48,019 bases of DNA from contig DATFSP010000121.1 of the NCBI GenBank assembly GCA_035262545.1, positions 1-48,019 of the forward strand. Reading direction: 5' to 3'. The notes under the pieces are model-generated. The model worked only from the letters and a program-made list of their open reading frames with translations, searched no databases and had not been told where the DNA came from. The stretch comes from Rhizomicrobium sp. (lineage in GTDB: Bacteria; Pseudomonadota; Alphaproteobacteria; Micropepsales; Micropepsaceae). Positions 20,115-30,312 of this stretch are shown one piece after another (position 1 is the first letter of the stretch; the number at the start of each line of letters is the position of its first letter). Both the position numbers and the translations under genes were made by a program.

Positions 20115-20702
20115 CTAGGTCGGCGGCGGCGTTCCCGCCTGCCCCACGAATTCTATATCGATGCCTTTCTCGTGGTGATGGGCGACGCGGCCGGCCATCT
20201 TTGCGATCAACACGAATTCTCCCAGCGCGGGGCGGACATCGGTACGAAGCGATACACCACCGGCGGAAATGTCGATCATCTCGCAATGTACGATCTGACC
20301 GTCGGCGCGAGTGAATTTAGCGAATTCCTTGCGGTTGGCCCGCGCGCGGCGCAATGATGTGCCGCTCCCCAGCGCATTGTTGAGAAACAAAGTGAGCTGC
20401 TCCGCAATGCGCTCGCGCTTAAAAGTGGTGCAGGAAAAACGGACGCTGAACCCCTTCGAATCGCGCCTTACCACATGGCCCTCAAAGCGCCCAAAGCCGC
20501 CCACATATAAGACCACCTGGCTGCCGGTCACCGGCGAGAGTTCGCAGACCAATGATGCGCCACCCGGCGAAAGTTCGGCCACGTGGCAGGGGGCTTCCTC
20601 GCCGCCTGCGGGGATAAAAAACCGGCCGGGCAGGTCCAGGCGCACGCGGCGAAACCGTCTGCGTTCGGCACGAGTCTTGGAGATGGTGTCGGTTTCCGTC
20701 AT
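20115..20702 (-). CDS. Tandem PilZ-domain protein
   Basis: ERRRFRRV...ELSPGG (domain 1) and RRARANR...DISAGG (domain 2), linked by KRERIAEQLT; ATG 20702 preferred. Confidence 0.82.
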   Translation of the reverse strand: MTETDTISKTRAERRRFRRVRLDLPGRFFIPAGGEEAPCHVAELSPGGASLVCELSPVTGSQVVLYVGGFGRFEGHVVRRDSKGFSVRFSCTTFKRERIAEQLTLFLNNALGSGTSLRRARANRKEFAKFTRADGQIVHCEMIDISAGGVSLRTDVRPALGEFVLIAKMAGRVAHHHEKGIDIEFVGQAGTPPPT

Positions 20703-20886
20703 TGCCGGCGATAGGCCTGAGCGGCCGATTCCTCGAAGGTTCGTGGCCCCCTTTGGTAACGCTTCCCGTCTCAATAGGCGGTTACCAAACTTTGATGTTT
20801 CCTAACGGTTCTCGGGACCCCCCGCTTAACGAAATCCTTCTTGGGCGTTATATGTCCCATCTGATTTGAGGGCCGGGGGAATATCG

Positions 20887-21807
20887 ATGCAGCTTTCTTT
20901 CCGCTTCCGCGGCTCGCGCAGGTTCATGAGCGCATTTCTTCTGGGCGCAAGCCTTATGGTAGCGGGCTGCGCGGGCAGTGAGGAAGAAACGGCAGCGGGC
21001 TCGCCCTTCAGCCAGGCCCTGTTCAAAAATTATACCGATCTCTCCACCCAGGCGGCGTCCGCGCCCGCCCCTCAAGCGCAGGAGCAGGGCTTCTTCAGCG
21101 ATCTGGTCGGAATTTTTAGCAGTCCAGATAATCCCGCCGACGCAGTGGCCAAGGCCTTCCAGGCCAAAGCCGACGAAGCCGCCAAGGGCAATGAACCCGC
21201 CCCCGAGCCGGCGCCTGCAGATGCAATCGCGCAGGGATTGCGCGCACGGCTGGTCGCCGCCGTAGCGCGCGGGAAAAATCAATTTCCCGACCAGGCCGCC
21301 CGTGCCCAAGCCGATTACGATTGCTGGGTATTGGACAGTGGCGCCGCCAATCTCGCGGCCCAGGCGCAGGATTGCCGGGGTGCTTTGAATTCCTCACTCC
21401 CGGCATTGGAAAATGCATCGCGTCCCGCGCCGCCGCCTCCCGTGGCTGTCATTGCGCCACCGGCGCCCGCGGCGCCATCTGATTACACGGTATATTTCGA
21501 CTTCGATTCCTGGACATTGACGGCGGAAGATCTGGCCGTAATCACCAATGCAATCAACACGGCTCGCGCTGGCGGTCAGTCGCACATCGCTGTAGTGGGT
21601 CATACCGATACGTCTGGAACGGTTGCTTACAACCAGCGGCTGTCCGTCAGGCGCGCAAACGTGGTCGTCGAGGCGATGGTGGATTTGGGCGCTCGCCGTG
21701 AGGCCATTCAGGCGTCCGGCGTGGGCAAGACCGATCTGGCTGTGCCAACGCCTGACGGTGTAAAGGAAGCGAAAAATCGTAGAAGTGTGATTACGCTAGT
21801 TCCTTGA
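20887..21807 (+). CDS. OmpA-family peptidoglycan-binding lipoprotein
   Basis: Lipobox VAGC, helical domain with AARAQADYDCW, Pro-rich linker, OmpA_C motifs VYFDFDS, GHTDTSG..YNQRLS.RRA, NRR. Confidence 0.9.
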   Translation: MQLSFRFRGSRRFMSAFLLGASLMVAGCAGSEEETAAGSPFSQALFKNYTDLSTQAASAPAPQAQEQGFFSDLVGIFSSPDNPADAVAKAFQAKADEAAKGNEPAPEPAPADAIAQGLRARLVAAVARGKNQFPDQAARAQADYDCWVLDSGAANLAAQAQDCRGALNSSLPALENASRPAPPPPVAVIAPPAPAAPSDYTVYFDFDSWTLTAEDLAVITNAINTARAGGQSHIAVVGHTDTSGTVAYNQRLSVRRANVVVEAMVDLGARREAIQASGVGKTDLAVPTPDGVKEAKNRRSVITLVP

Positions 21808-21942
21808 TCGCTATCTCTCCGCTCTTGGCATTTTGGTGAACCCCACGCTCTGCCTTTTTTGAAGCGTGACTTAATTGCTTCTGATGACAGCGGATGAAAG
21901 ACAGGAAAAGTCGGGGGCTATTTAAACTGGGCACAAGGGAAT

Positions 21943-22317
21943 ATGTTCTGCGTTATGAAAGCGATGACCCGGTCGACCACGCTTGCTTCCCTGATGCTAC
22001 TGCTGGCATCCGGCGCGTTCGCCCAGACGGGGCAGAATTACGACGTCAAAACCATGAATTTCGACATGTGGTGCCAGGAACAGGCGCATTTGCCGGCGGA
22101 TCGCTGCGACAAGCGCACGCCCGAAGACGAAAAGACCTTTGAGGATTATCGCGCCAAGATCGAACGCTATGAGGTGCCCTATCTTCAGCAGAAGCAGTAT
22201 GATCTCGCGATCCATCGCGACATCATGCACAACGACCAAGTGGACAATCCGCTGAGTCAAAATCCGCAGGCCCAAACCCAGGATCCCAACCGTCAGCCGC
22301 CCAAGCCGCAGCCCTAG
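21943..22317 (+). CDS. Small exported hypothetical protein
   Basis: CAAGGGAA before ATG, signal peptide ending AFA, Cys pair (WCQEQ...RCDKR), Q/P-rich tail, coding-like codon usage. Confidence 0.7.
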   Translation: MFCVMKAMTRSTTLASLMLLLASGAFAQTGQNYDVKTMNFDMWCQEQAHLPADRCDKRTPEDEKTFEDYRAKIERYEVPYLQQKQYDLAIHRDIMHNDQVDNPLSQNPQAQTQDPNRQPPKPQP

Positions 22318-22378
22318 GCAATTTTACTGGAACATCTGAGTGCGAGGCGCGGCTGCCCGTTGCCGTCAGAGCCGCACG

Positions 22379-23032
22379 TTACAGGCATTCGAACATTCTC
22401 TGCAGGAAATCGCCCGCCTCCGAAGTGGGGAGAATGGGCTGATCCTGACTTACCACCAGGCCCAGATAAGGCGCCTTGGGATGCGACCTAAGCACAAAAC
22501 AGGATGGCGGTGGGAGATCGTCCTGGCCTTGGCTTGGCTCGTCTTCCTGAATGAGCTTGAACGCCTTGAGCCTTTCGTAGGCGATCACGCGGCCTAGAAG
22601 CGAGGCTGGATCGGAGAGGAACTGCATCAGACCGAAGAAACGCCTGGGCTCGCAGCCATTGAAGCTGACCGGTGCGAGAATGGTTTCGAGTTCAGACGTG
22701 TTATGGCCAGTCGTGACGGCGACCGACGAGAGACAAAGCGGCTTCTTTGTTTTGAGCGATTGCTTCAAGATGCCCTTTAGCGCCAGCGAAGAGCGCGCAT
22801 CCCAATGGGTGAGGAAGTCGAAGCCCTTCAACTCGAAACCGAAGCGCTCGCACAAAGCCGTGCCGCCCAGGCGATAGACGGGGTTGGTGGGATTTTCGCA
22901 ATCCAGGATGAAGGCATAGGCGAGGAGCCGTTTGATGGCGCGTGGATTGATATCGGTTTGATCGGGTATCTCGCGACCGCAGCGGATCCGACTCCAATAT
23001 CCAACCAGAAAATGCGAATTCCTGTGCTTCAT
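22379..23032 (-). CDS. PAS-domain protein (DUF1457 / PAS_5 family)
   Basis: MKH.NS..L..YWSRIR.GR.IP...DINP.AIKRLL...FILD, YRLGGTALCERFGFELKG. Confidence 0.82.
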   Translation of the reverse strand: MKHRNSHFLVGYWSRIRCGREIPDQTDINPRAIKRLLAYAFILDCENPTNPVYRLGGTALCERFGFELKGFDFLTHWDARSSLALKGILKQSLKTKKPLCLSSVAVTTGHNTSELETILAPVSFNGCEPRRFFGLMQFLSDPASLLGRVIAYERLKAFKLIQEDEPSQGQDDLPPPSCFVLRSHPKAPYLGLVVSQDQPILPTSEAGDFLQRMFECL

Positions 23033-23089
23033 ACCATGCTGTCCTTGACTGCCCCACGACGGAACAGAACCCCTTTTTTTGGAACACGC

Positions 23090-23105
23090 AGCAGGAGCCG
23101 TGCCA
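23090..23105 (-). promoter_or_regulatory. Sigma-54 (-24/-12) promoter of the PAS gene
   Basis: Minus strand TGGCACGGCTCCTGCT matches TGGCACG-N4-(T)TGC with GG-N10-GC spacing, about 60 bp upstream of ATG 23032. Confidence 0.68.
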
Positions 23106-23417
23106 AGTCTGGTGGCAACCCTGAAGGGCGGGACTGAGCGGCAGCGCCCGCGCGTCCCTCGAACGACCGCTTTATTCTGTAAGTGAGGGGTCAAAGTCCG
23201 GCTGGAGGGGCCATTTCATCGAGGGACGTAAATTCTTGTCTGTCCCAGATTGGCAAAGCCTCGAAAAAAACGATCCCGGCGGGTGGAGGCCGCAATGCTC
23301 TTCTCGGCATTTTCGGTCATGACCGTATGACCGTATACCGGCATAACTCGTCGCCTTGCACCTTGGGTTTCGGCTGCTATTGTGCGGCGCAATTTCGACC
23401 CTTTTCCCGGAAAAACC

Positions 23418-24587
23418 ATGAATATTCATGAATATCAGGCCAAGGACGTCCTGCGCTCCTTCGGCGCGCCCGTGCCCAACGGCAAGCCCGCCTTCACGGT
23501 GGAAGAAGCGGTCAAGGCAGCGGAGAGCCTGCCCGGCCCCGTTTGGGTGGTGAAGGCGCAAATCCATGCTGGTGGCAGGGGAAAAGGCGGCGGCGTCAAA
23601 GTGGTCAAGTCCATTGAGGACGTGAAGAAGGAAGCCCAGCGGATGCTGGGTATGACGCTTGTTACGCACCAGACCGGCCCTCAGGGCCGCGTGGTCAAGC
23701 GCCTCTATATCGAAGACGGTTCGGCGATCGAGCGGGAGCTTTATCTTTCCGCGTTGGTGGACCGCGCGACCAGCCGCATCGCTTTCATCGCGTCCACCGA
23801 AGGCGGCATGGACATCGAAGCTGTGGCGCACAAGACGCCGGACCAAATCAAGACCTTCCAGATCGAGCCTGCCGCCGGCTATTCGCCCTATGTGGGCAAT
23901 GAAATAGCCGCTGCCTTGAAGCTCAAGGGCGATACCGCCAAACAGATGGGCCATGTGGTTAAGAGCTTGTATGACGCCTTCATCGCCAAGGACATGAGCC
24001 TGCTCGAAATCAATCCCCTAGTTGTGACCAAGGACGGCAAAGTCGTCTGCCTCGATGCCAAGATCAATTTCGACGACAACGCGCTTTACCGCCACAATGA
24101 TATTCAGGCGCTGCGCGATCTGGATGAGGAAGACCCTATGGAGGTGGAAGCCTCCAAATTCGATCTTTCCTACGTCAAGCTCGACGGCGAGATCGGATGC
24201 ATGGTGAACGGCGCGGGCCTCGCCATGGCCACCATGGACATCATCAAGCTTTATGGCAGCGAGCCCGCAAACTTCCTGGATGTCGGCGGCGGAGCATCAA
24301 AAGAAAAAGTAACCGCAGCGTTCAAGATCATCGTCAGCGATCCTCACGTGAAAGGGATCCTGGTCAATATTTTCGGTGGGATCATGAAATGCGACATCAT
24401 CGCCGAAGGCATTGTTGCCGCCGCCAAGGAAGTCGCGCTGAAGGTCCCGCTGGTTGTCAGGCTGGAAGGCACCAATGTCGAATTGGGCAAGGAAATTCTG
24501 GCCAAATCGGGTCTTGCCATCACCCCCGCCAATGATCTTGCCGATGCCGCCGAGAAAGTGGTGAAAGCCGTCAAGGGTTCGAAATAA
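23418..24587 (+). CDS. sucC: Succinyl-CoA synthetase beta subunit
   Basis: [67 protein letters not shown]. Confidence 0.97.
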   Translation: MNIHEYQAKDVLRSFGAPVPNGKPAFTVEEAVKAAESLPGPVWVVKAQIHAGGRGKGGGVKVVKSIEDVKKEAQRMLGMTLVTHQTGPQGRVVKRLYIEDGSAIERELYLSALVDRATSRIAFIASTEGGMDIEAVAHKTPDQIKTFQIEPAAGYSPYVGNEIAAALKLKGDTAKQMGHVVKSLYDAFIAKDMSLLEINPLVVTKDGKVVCLDAKINFDDNALYRHNDIQALRDLDEEDPMEVEASKFDLSYVKLDGEIGCMVNGAGLAMATMDIIKLYGSEPANFLDVGGGASKEKVTAAFKIIVSDPHVKGILVNIFGGIMKCDIIAEGIVAAAKEVALKVPLVVRLEGTNVELGKEILAKSGLAITPANDLADAAEKVVKAVKGSK

Positions 24588-25465
24588 TGTCCATTTTGGT
24601 CGACAAGAACACCAAGGTTATCTGCCAGGGCTTCACCGGCAATCAAGGCACGTTCCATTCCCAGCAAGCCATCGCCTACGGCACTAAGATGGTGGGCGGC
24701 ACCACTCCGGGCAAAGGCGGCACCACGCATCTGGGCCTTCCCGTTTTCGACACAGTGCGCGAAGCCAGGGAAGCGGTGGGCGCCGACGCCTCCGCGATCT
24801 ATGTGCCGCCCCCTTTCGCCGCCGACGCCATCCTGGAAGCAATTGACGCGGAGATCCCCCTGATCGTCTGCATCACCGAAGGGATTCCGGTGCTGGACAT
24901 GGTGAAGGTCAAGCGCGCGCTTTGCGGCTCCAGATCGCGCCTGATCGGACCCAACTGCCCCGGCGTGATCACGCCTGGCGAATGCAAGATCGGTATCATG
25001 CCCGGCCATATCCATCGCCGTGGCAAGGTAGGCATCGTCTCTCGCTCCGGCACGCTCACTTATGAAGCTGTGTGGCAGACCACAGCGGTGGGCCTGGGCC
25101 AGACAAGTTGCGTGGGCATCGGCGGCGATCCCGTCAAAGGCACCGAGCATATCGAGGTGCTGGAGATGTTCCTGAAGGACCCCGAGACCGAATCCATTAT
25201 TATGATCGGCGAGATCGGCGGCAGCGCCGAGGAAGACGCGGCCGACTTCATCAAGCACTCCAAGGTGAAGAAGCCGATGGTGGGGTTTATCGCCGGAGTC
25301 ACTGCTCCGCCCGGACGGCGCATGGGCCATGCCGGCGCCATCATTTCCGGAGGCAAGGGCGGAGCTGAGAGCAAGATAGACGCGATGAAGTCCGCCGGCA
25401 TCCGGGTTTCGCCCAGTCCAGCCGCACTAGGCACCACCATGGTGGACCTGCTCTCCGGCAAGTAA
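24587..25465 (+). CDS. sucD: Succinyl-CoA synthetase alpha subunit
   Basis: [37 protein letters not shown] (phospho-His). Confidence 0.97.
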   Translation: MSILVDKNTKVICQGFTGNQGTFHSQQAIAYGTKMVGGTTPGKGGTTHLGLPVFDTVREAREAVGADASAIYVPPPFAADAILEAIDAEIPLIVCITEGIPVLDMVKVKRALCGSRSRLIGPNCPGVITPGECKIGIMPGHIHRRGKVGIVSRSGTLTYEAVWQTTAVGLGQTSCVGIGGDPVKGTEHIEVLEMFLKDPETESIIMIGEIGGSAEEDAADFIKHSKVKKPMVGFIAGVTAPPGRRMGHAGAIISGGKGGAESKIDAMKSAGIRVSPSPAALGTTMVDLLSGK

Positions 25466-25672
25466 GCGCCGTCACACCTGAATCTGCATGGCTGCTGGTC
25501 CCGTGGAGCATCGGGATAAGCAGCTTTGCGCGTTTTTTGAGCCCATGTTAACGGGATGGACCGTTGAATTGACGCCGCAAAACCGGTACCACGCCACCCA
25601 CTCGGAACGACCGCAACCGAGCGGTCTGAGGAACAGGTCAAGGCCCAACAAGCTGACCCATAAATATCTGAA

Positions 25673-28600
25673 ATGACAGAACAATCTCCGTCAGATCGCA
25701 TCAACCGAGCTTCCAACGACATCTTCGAGGCTACCAGCTTTTTATCCGGCACCAACGCCCGGTTCCTGGAAGCGCTTTATGCCCAATATCTGGCGAACCC
25801 GGCGTCAGTAGACCCTGAATGGCAAGCCTATTTCGAGAGCTTGGGCGAGAGAGGGCTCACGCCCACGCAGTTGGGCCGCGGCCCGGCTTGGCGGCGCGAC
25901 CAGAATGTCGCCCGCCCAAAGGATGATCTGACCGGCGAGCCCGCGCCCGCCAAACCTGCTCCGGCCGCCAGAGATGAAGACAAGCCCAACGGCCGCGCGG
26001 TGGCGCAGGATTCCATCCGTGCTGTCCAATTGGTGCGCGCCTATCGCATCATCGGCCATCTCGAGGCCGATCTCGACCCCTTGAAATTATCGGCCAAGGC
26101 CACCCATCCCCAACTCGATCCCGGCTTCTATGGCTTCCATGACGCCGAGATGGACAAGCCGATTTTCATTGACGGCGTGCTGGGCATGGAGACGGCGACA
26201 CCACGCCAGATCGTCGATCTTCTGAAACGCACCTATTGCGGCAAAATCGGCTATGAGTTCATGCACATCACCGATGCGGAACAGAAGGACTGGCTGCAGC
26301 GCCGCATAGAAGGCCCAGACAAAGAAATCAGCTTTACGCCAGAAGGTAAGAAAGCGATCCTCAACAAGCTGATCGAGGGCGAGGGCTTCGAAAAGTTTGC
26401 TGCCGCCCGCTTCGTAGGCACCAAGCGCTTCGGGCTGGACGGCGCGGAGTCCACCATTCCCGCGCTGGAACAGATCATCAAGCGCGGCGGCCAATTAGGC
26501 GTAAAGGAAATCGTCCTTGGCATGGCCCATCGCGGCCGCCTCAATGTGCTGGTGAATGTGATGGGCAAGCCCTATCGCCAGCTCTTCCATGAGTTCCAGG
26601 GCGGCGCCGCCAATCCGTCCGAAGTTGAAGGCTCCGGCGACGTGAAGTATCACCTAGGCGCCTCGTCCGACCGCGAGTTTGACGGCCGCCAGGTGCATCT
26701 GTCGCTCACGGCCAATCCATCGCATCTGGAAATTGTTGATCCGGTCGTATTGGGCAAGGCGCGCGCCAAGCAGCACCAACTGGGCGATGTGCAGAGCCGC
26801 GCCTCAGTCCTGCCGCTTCTCATCCATGGCGATGCGGCTTTTTCGGGTCAGGGTGTGGTGGCGGAATGTTTCGCCATGTCCGGCACCAAAGGTTTCCGGA
26901 CCGGCGGCACCATCCATTTCATCATCAACAATCAGATCGGATTTACCACAGCGCCGATCTATTCGCGTTCCTCGCCCTACGCAACCGACGTGGCACTGAT
27001 GGTGCAAGCGCCCATTTTCCATGTCAATGGCGATGATCCCGAGGCCGTGGTGCATGCCGCGCGCATCGCCACCGAATTCCGCCAGCTTTTTCACAAAGAT
27101 GTTGTGATCGACATGATCTGCTATCGCAGATACGGCCACAATGAGACGGACGAGCCGGCCTTCACCCAGCCCTTGATGTACCGCGCCATAAAGGACCATC
27201 CCACCACGCTGGCTATCTATAGCGGGCGGCTGGTCGCGGAAGGCGCTCTGGGCGAGGCCGACATAACAACGATGCAACAGGCCTTCAATCAGAAGCTGGA
27301 CGAAGAATTCAACGCGTCCAAGTCCCATCTCCCCAACCGCGCCGATTGGCTTGACGGGCGATGGGCGGGGCTTGCTACCGCGCCTAAGAGCGGTGACCGG
27401 CGCGGCCTCACCGGCGTGCCGAAGGATATTTTGAAGCAAGTGGGCAAGGCGCTCACCACGGTTCCTGAAGGCTTCCACCTCCACAAGACCATCGCCCGGC
27501 AGCTTGAAGCCAAGGCGCATATGTTCGAAAGCGGCAACGGCTTCGACTGGGCTACCGCCGAGGCTTTGGCGTTCGGCACACTGTTGGACGAAGGCATGGA
27601 TGTGCGCCTGTCTGGTCAAGACGCCTCGCGCGGCACCTTCAGCCAGCGCCATTCCGCGCTGGTCGATCAGGAGAGCGAAGAGCGCTATCTCCCACTCAAC
27701 CATATCCGCGAAGGCCAGGGCAGCTTCGAGGTCGTGGATACGCTTTTGTCGGAAGAAGCCGTCTTGGGCTTCGAGTATGGCTATACCCTGGCCGAGCCCA
27801 AGGTTTTGGTGCTGTGGGAAGCGCAGTTCGGCGATTTCGCCAACGGCGCTCAGGTGGTGGTGGACCAGTTCATTTCTTCCGGCGAGATGAAATGGCTGCG
27901 CATGTCAGGCCTGGTTTTGCTTCTGCCCCATGGATATGAAGGCCAGGGCCCGGAACATTCCTCGGCGCGGCTGGAACGTTATCTGCAGCTATGCGCCCAG
28001 GACAATATGCAAGTCTGTGCGCCGACCACGCCCGCCAACTACTTCCACATGCTCAGACGGCAGATGCACCGCCCGTTCCGGAAACCGCTTATCGTGATGA
28101 CGCCCAAGTCGCTGTTGCGCAACAAACGCTGCATCTCGTTCCTTTCCGACATGGAGGCGTCGAACAGCTTCCACCGCGTGCTGCGTGACCAGGCCGAAGT
28201 GGTGCCGGGCGCCACCACGGTCACGCTGGTCAAGGACGCCGACGTCAAGCGGGTGATCCTCTGCTCCGGCAAGGTCTATTTCGACCTTATGGAAGAGCGC
28301 GAGAAGCGGGGCGAGAATCGCATCCAGATCCTGCGTCTGGAACAGCTCTACCCCTTCCCTGACACGGTGCTGGCCGAAGAACTCAACCGCTTTCCTGAGG
28401 CCGAGTTGGTCTGGTGCCAGGAAGAGCCGCAAAATCAGGGTGCCTGGACCTTTGTGGCGCCCAGGATCGCGGCCCTCTCCGGCGGCAAGAAGCGGCCGCG
28501 CTATGTGGGGCGGCCCGAATATGCTTCGACCGCCGCCGGCCTGATGAAACAGCATCTGGCGGAATTGGCCCAATTCCTGAACGACGCTTTGACTTTGTGA
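25673..28600 (+). CDS. sucA: 2-oxoglutarate dehydrogenase E1
   Basis: GMAHRGRLNVL, GDVKYHLG, NPSHLE, HGDAAF.GQG, RLSGQD..RGTFSQRH, WEAQFGDFAN, PHGYEGQGPEHSSAR. Confidence 0.97.
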   Translation: MTEQSPSDRINRASNDIFEATSFLSGTNARFLEALYAQYLANPASVDPEWQAYFESLGERGLTPTQLGRGPAWRRDQNVARPKDDLTGEPAPAKPAPAARDEDKPNGRAVAQDSIRAVQLVRAYRIIGHLEADLDPLKLSAKATHPQLDPGFYGFHDAEMDKPIFIDGVLGMETATPRQIVDLLKRTYCGKIGYEFMHITDAEQKDWLQRRIEGPDKEISFTPEGKKAILNKLIEGEGFEKFAAARFVGTKRFGLDGAESTIPALEQIIKRGGQLGVKEIVLGMAHRGRLNVLVNVMGKPYRQLFHEFQGGAANPSEVEGSGDVKYHLGASSDREFDGRQVHLSLTANPSHLEIVDPVVLGKARAKQHQLGDVQSRASVLPLLIHGDAAFSGQGVVAECFAMSGTKGFRTGGTIHFIINNQIGFTTAPIYSRSSPYATDVALMVQAPIFHVNGDDPEAVVHAARIATEFRQLFHKDVVIDMICYRRYGHNETDEPAFTQPLMYRAIKDHPTTLAIYSGRLVAEGALGEADITTMQQAFNQKLDEEFNASKSHLPNRADWLDGRWAGLATAPKSGDRRGLTGVPKDILKQVGKALTTVPEGFHLHKTIARQLEAKAHMFESGNGFDWATAEALAFGTLLDEGMDVRLSGQDASRGTFSQRHSALVDQESEERYLPLNHIREGQGSFEVVDTLLSEEAVLGFEYGYTLAEPKVLVLWEAQFGDFANGAQVVVDQFISSGEMKWLRMSGLVLLLPHGYEGQGPEHSSARLERYLQLCAQDNMQVCAPTTPANYFHMLRRQMHRPFRKPLIVMTPKSLLRNKRCISFLSDMEASNSFHRVLRDQAEVVPGATTVTLVKDADVKRVILCSGKVYFDLMEEREKRGENRIQILRLEQLYPFPDTVLAEELNRFPEAELVWCQEEPQNQGAWTFVAPRIAALSGGKKRPRYVGRPEYASTAAGLMKQHLAELAQFLNDALTL

Positions 28601-28626
28601 CGCGTTTCGCCGGCTGAGAGGATTCT

Positions 28627-29853
28627 ATGAGCATCGAAATCAAAGTGCCCGCGATGGGCGAATCCGTGACCGAGGCCACGGTGGCGCGCTGGTTCAAGAA
28701 GGAAGGCGAAAGCGTCTCGCGCGACGAGCCGGTGCTGGAATTGGAAACGGACAAAGTGACGGTGGAAGTGCCCGCACCCGCCGCCGGTTCGATCGAATCC
28801 ATCGCGGTGACAGCCGGTACGACCGTGCAAGTGGGCGCAGTGTTGGGCTCCATCGCGGAAGGCAAGGGCGGCAAGACCGTGGCTGCGCCCGCGGCGCCAC
28901 CCGCACAAACCAAGAGCGAGGCGCCAACGCCAAAAGCCGAAGCGCCCAAGCCGGCCCCCGCGACCAGAAGCGAAGCGCCCACGATGCCGTCCGCGCAGCG
29001 CATCGCCCGGGAATCCGGCGTTCCCACTTCCACTGTGCCGGGCACTGGCCGCGACGGCCGCGTCACCAAGGGTGACATGCTGGAAGCATTGGAAGCGCGT
29101 GCCGCGAAGCCAGCCCAGGCGGTGGCCGCGCCTTCGGGCCCGCGCCTCCATGCCGACCGCGAGGAAAAAGTACCGATGTCGCGGCTGCGCAAGACCATCG
29201 CGCTGCGCCTGAAGGAATCTCAGAACACCGCTGCCCAGCTCACCACTTTCAACGAAGTGGATATGACGCGCATCATGGCTCTGCGCGCTGAATATAAAGA
29301 TAGCTTCGAGAAGAAGCATGGCGTGCGCCTGGGCTTCATGGGCTTCTTCGCCAAGGCCTCGATTGCCGCGCTCAAGGAATTGCCTACCATCAACGCCGAG
29401 ATCGAAGGCGACAACATCATCTACAAAAATTACTACGACCTCGGCATTGCCGTTTCGACCGACCGCGGCTTGGTCGTGCCGGTGGTGCGCGATGCCGACC
29501 AATTGTCGCTGGCGGCGATCGAAAAGGCGGTGATGGATTTCGGCACCCGCGCTCGCGACAACAAGATCAAGCTGGAAGAACTTCAGGGCGGTACCTTCTC
29601 CATCACCAATGGCGGTGTTTTCGGCTCGCTGATGTCCACGCCGATTCTGAATTCGCCTCAGTCGGGCATTCTGGGCATGCACAAGATCCAGCAACGCCCC
29701 ATGGCGATCAACGGCAAGATAGAGATCCGCCCCATGATGTATCTGGCGCTGTCCTATGACCACCGCCTGGTCGATGGGCGCGACGCCGTCACCTTCCTGG
29801 TGCGGGTGAAGGAAAATCTGGAAGACCCGGGACGCCTCCTTCTCGATGTTTGA
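28627..29853 (+). CDS. sucB: 2-oxoglutarate dehydrogenase E2 (dihydrolipoyl succinyltransferase)
   Basis: Lipoyl site ETDKV, E3-binding [12 protein letters not shown], catalytic [13 protein letters not shown]. Confidence 0.97.
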   Translation: MSIEIKVPAMGESVTEATVARWFKKEGESVSRDEPVLELETDKVTVEVPAPAAGSIESIAVTAGTTVQVGAVLGSIAEGKGGKTVAAPAAPPAQTKSEAPTPKAEAPKPAPATRSEAPTMPSAQRIARESGVPTSTVPGTGRDGRVTKGDMLEALEARAAKPAQAVAAPSGPRLHADREEKVPMSRLRKTIALRLKESQNTAAQLTTFNEVDMTRIMALRAEYKDSFEKKHGVRLGFMGFFAKASIAALKELPTINAEIEGDNIIYKNYYDLGIAVSTDRGLVVPVVRDADQLSLAAIEKAVMDFGTRARDNKIKLEELQGGTFSITNGGVFGSLMSTPILNSPQSGILGMHKIQQRPMAINGKIEIRPMMYLALSYDHRLVDGRDAVTFLVRVKENLEDPGRLLLDV

Positions 29854-29872
29854 GATATAAGCTTCAAGTTGG

Positions 29873-29905
29873 AAAAAGGGTGGCCGATGGCCGCCCTTTT
29901 TGTTT
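29873..29905 (+). terminator. Intrinsic (bidirectional-type) terminator after sucB
   Basis: AAAAAGGGTGGCC-gat-GGCCGCCCTTTTTGTTT stem-loop with U tract. Confidence 0.8.
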
Positions 29906-29958
29906 CTCCCGGTGCTAAGCTCGAAATCCTTCCGCACACAAACACCAGGAGAAGTGCT

Positions 29959-30312
29959 ATGGCCTATGTCGAAGGTTTTGTGATTGCCGTGCCAAAAGAC
30001 AGGCTGGAGGATTATAAGACGATGGCACGCGTCTGCGAGCCGATCTGGCGCGAATATGGCGCTCGGGACTATGTGGAATGCGTGGGCGACGACACACCTT
30101 ACGGGGAAATGACGTCATTTCCGCGCGCGGTCCAAGCCAAAGAAAATGAAGTCGTGATCTTTTCCTGGATCGTCTACGACTCGCCGGAAGCACGCAAGGA
30201 AATCACGAAAAAGGCGATCGAGGACCCCCGCCTCAAGCAGTTCGACAAAGGTTTGCCCTTTGACGGCAAGCGCATGATCTTTGGCGGGTTTAAGCCCTTC
30301 CTGGGGCTTTAG
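29959..30312 (+). CDS. DUF1428 family protein (YbaA-like)
   Basis: YVEGFVIAVP, W.EYGA..YVEC.GDD.PYG..TSFPRAV.AKE.E.V.FSWI, PFDGKRMIFGGF; AGGAGA SD. Confidence 0.9.
   Translation: MAYVEGFVIAVPKDRLEDYKTMARVCEPIWREYGARDYVECVGDDTPYGEMTSFPRAVQAKENEVVIFSWIVYDSPEARKEITKKAIEDPRLKQFDKGLPFDGKRMIFGGFKPFLGL

Noticed and set aside
20750-20832. CtrA box between the PilZ and OmpA genes
   Set aside because: Only isolated half-sites (GGTAAC, TTAAC); no correctly spaced pair.
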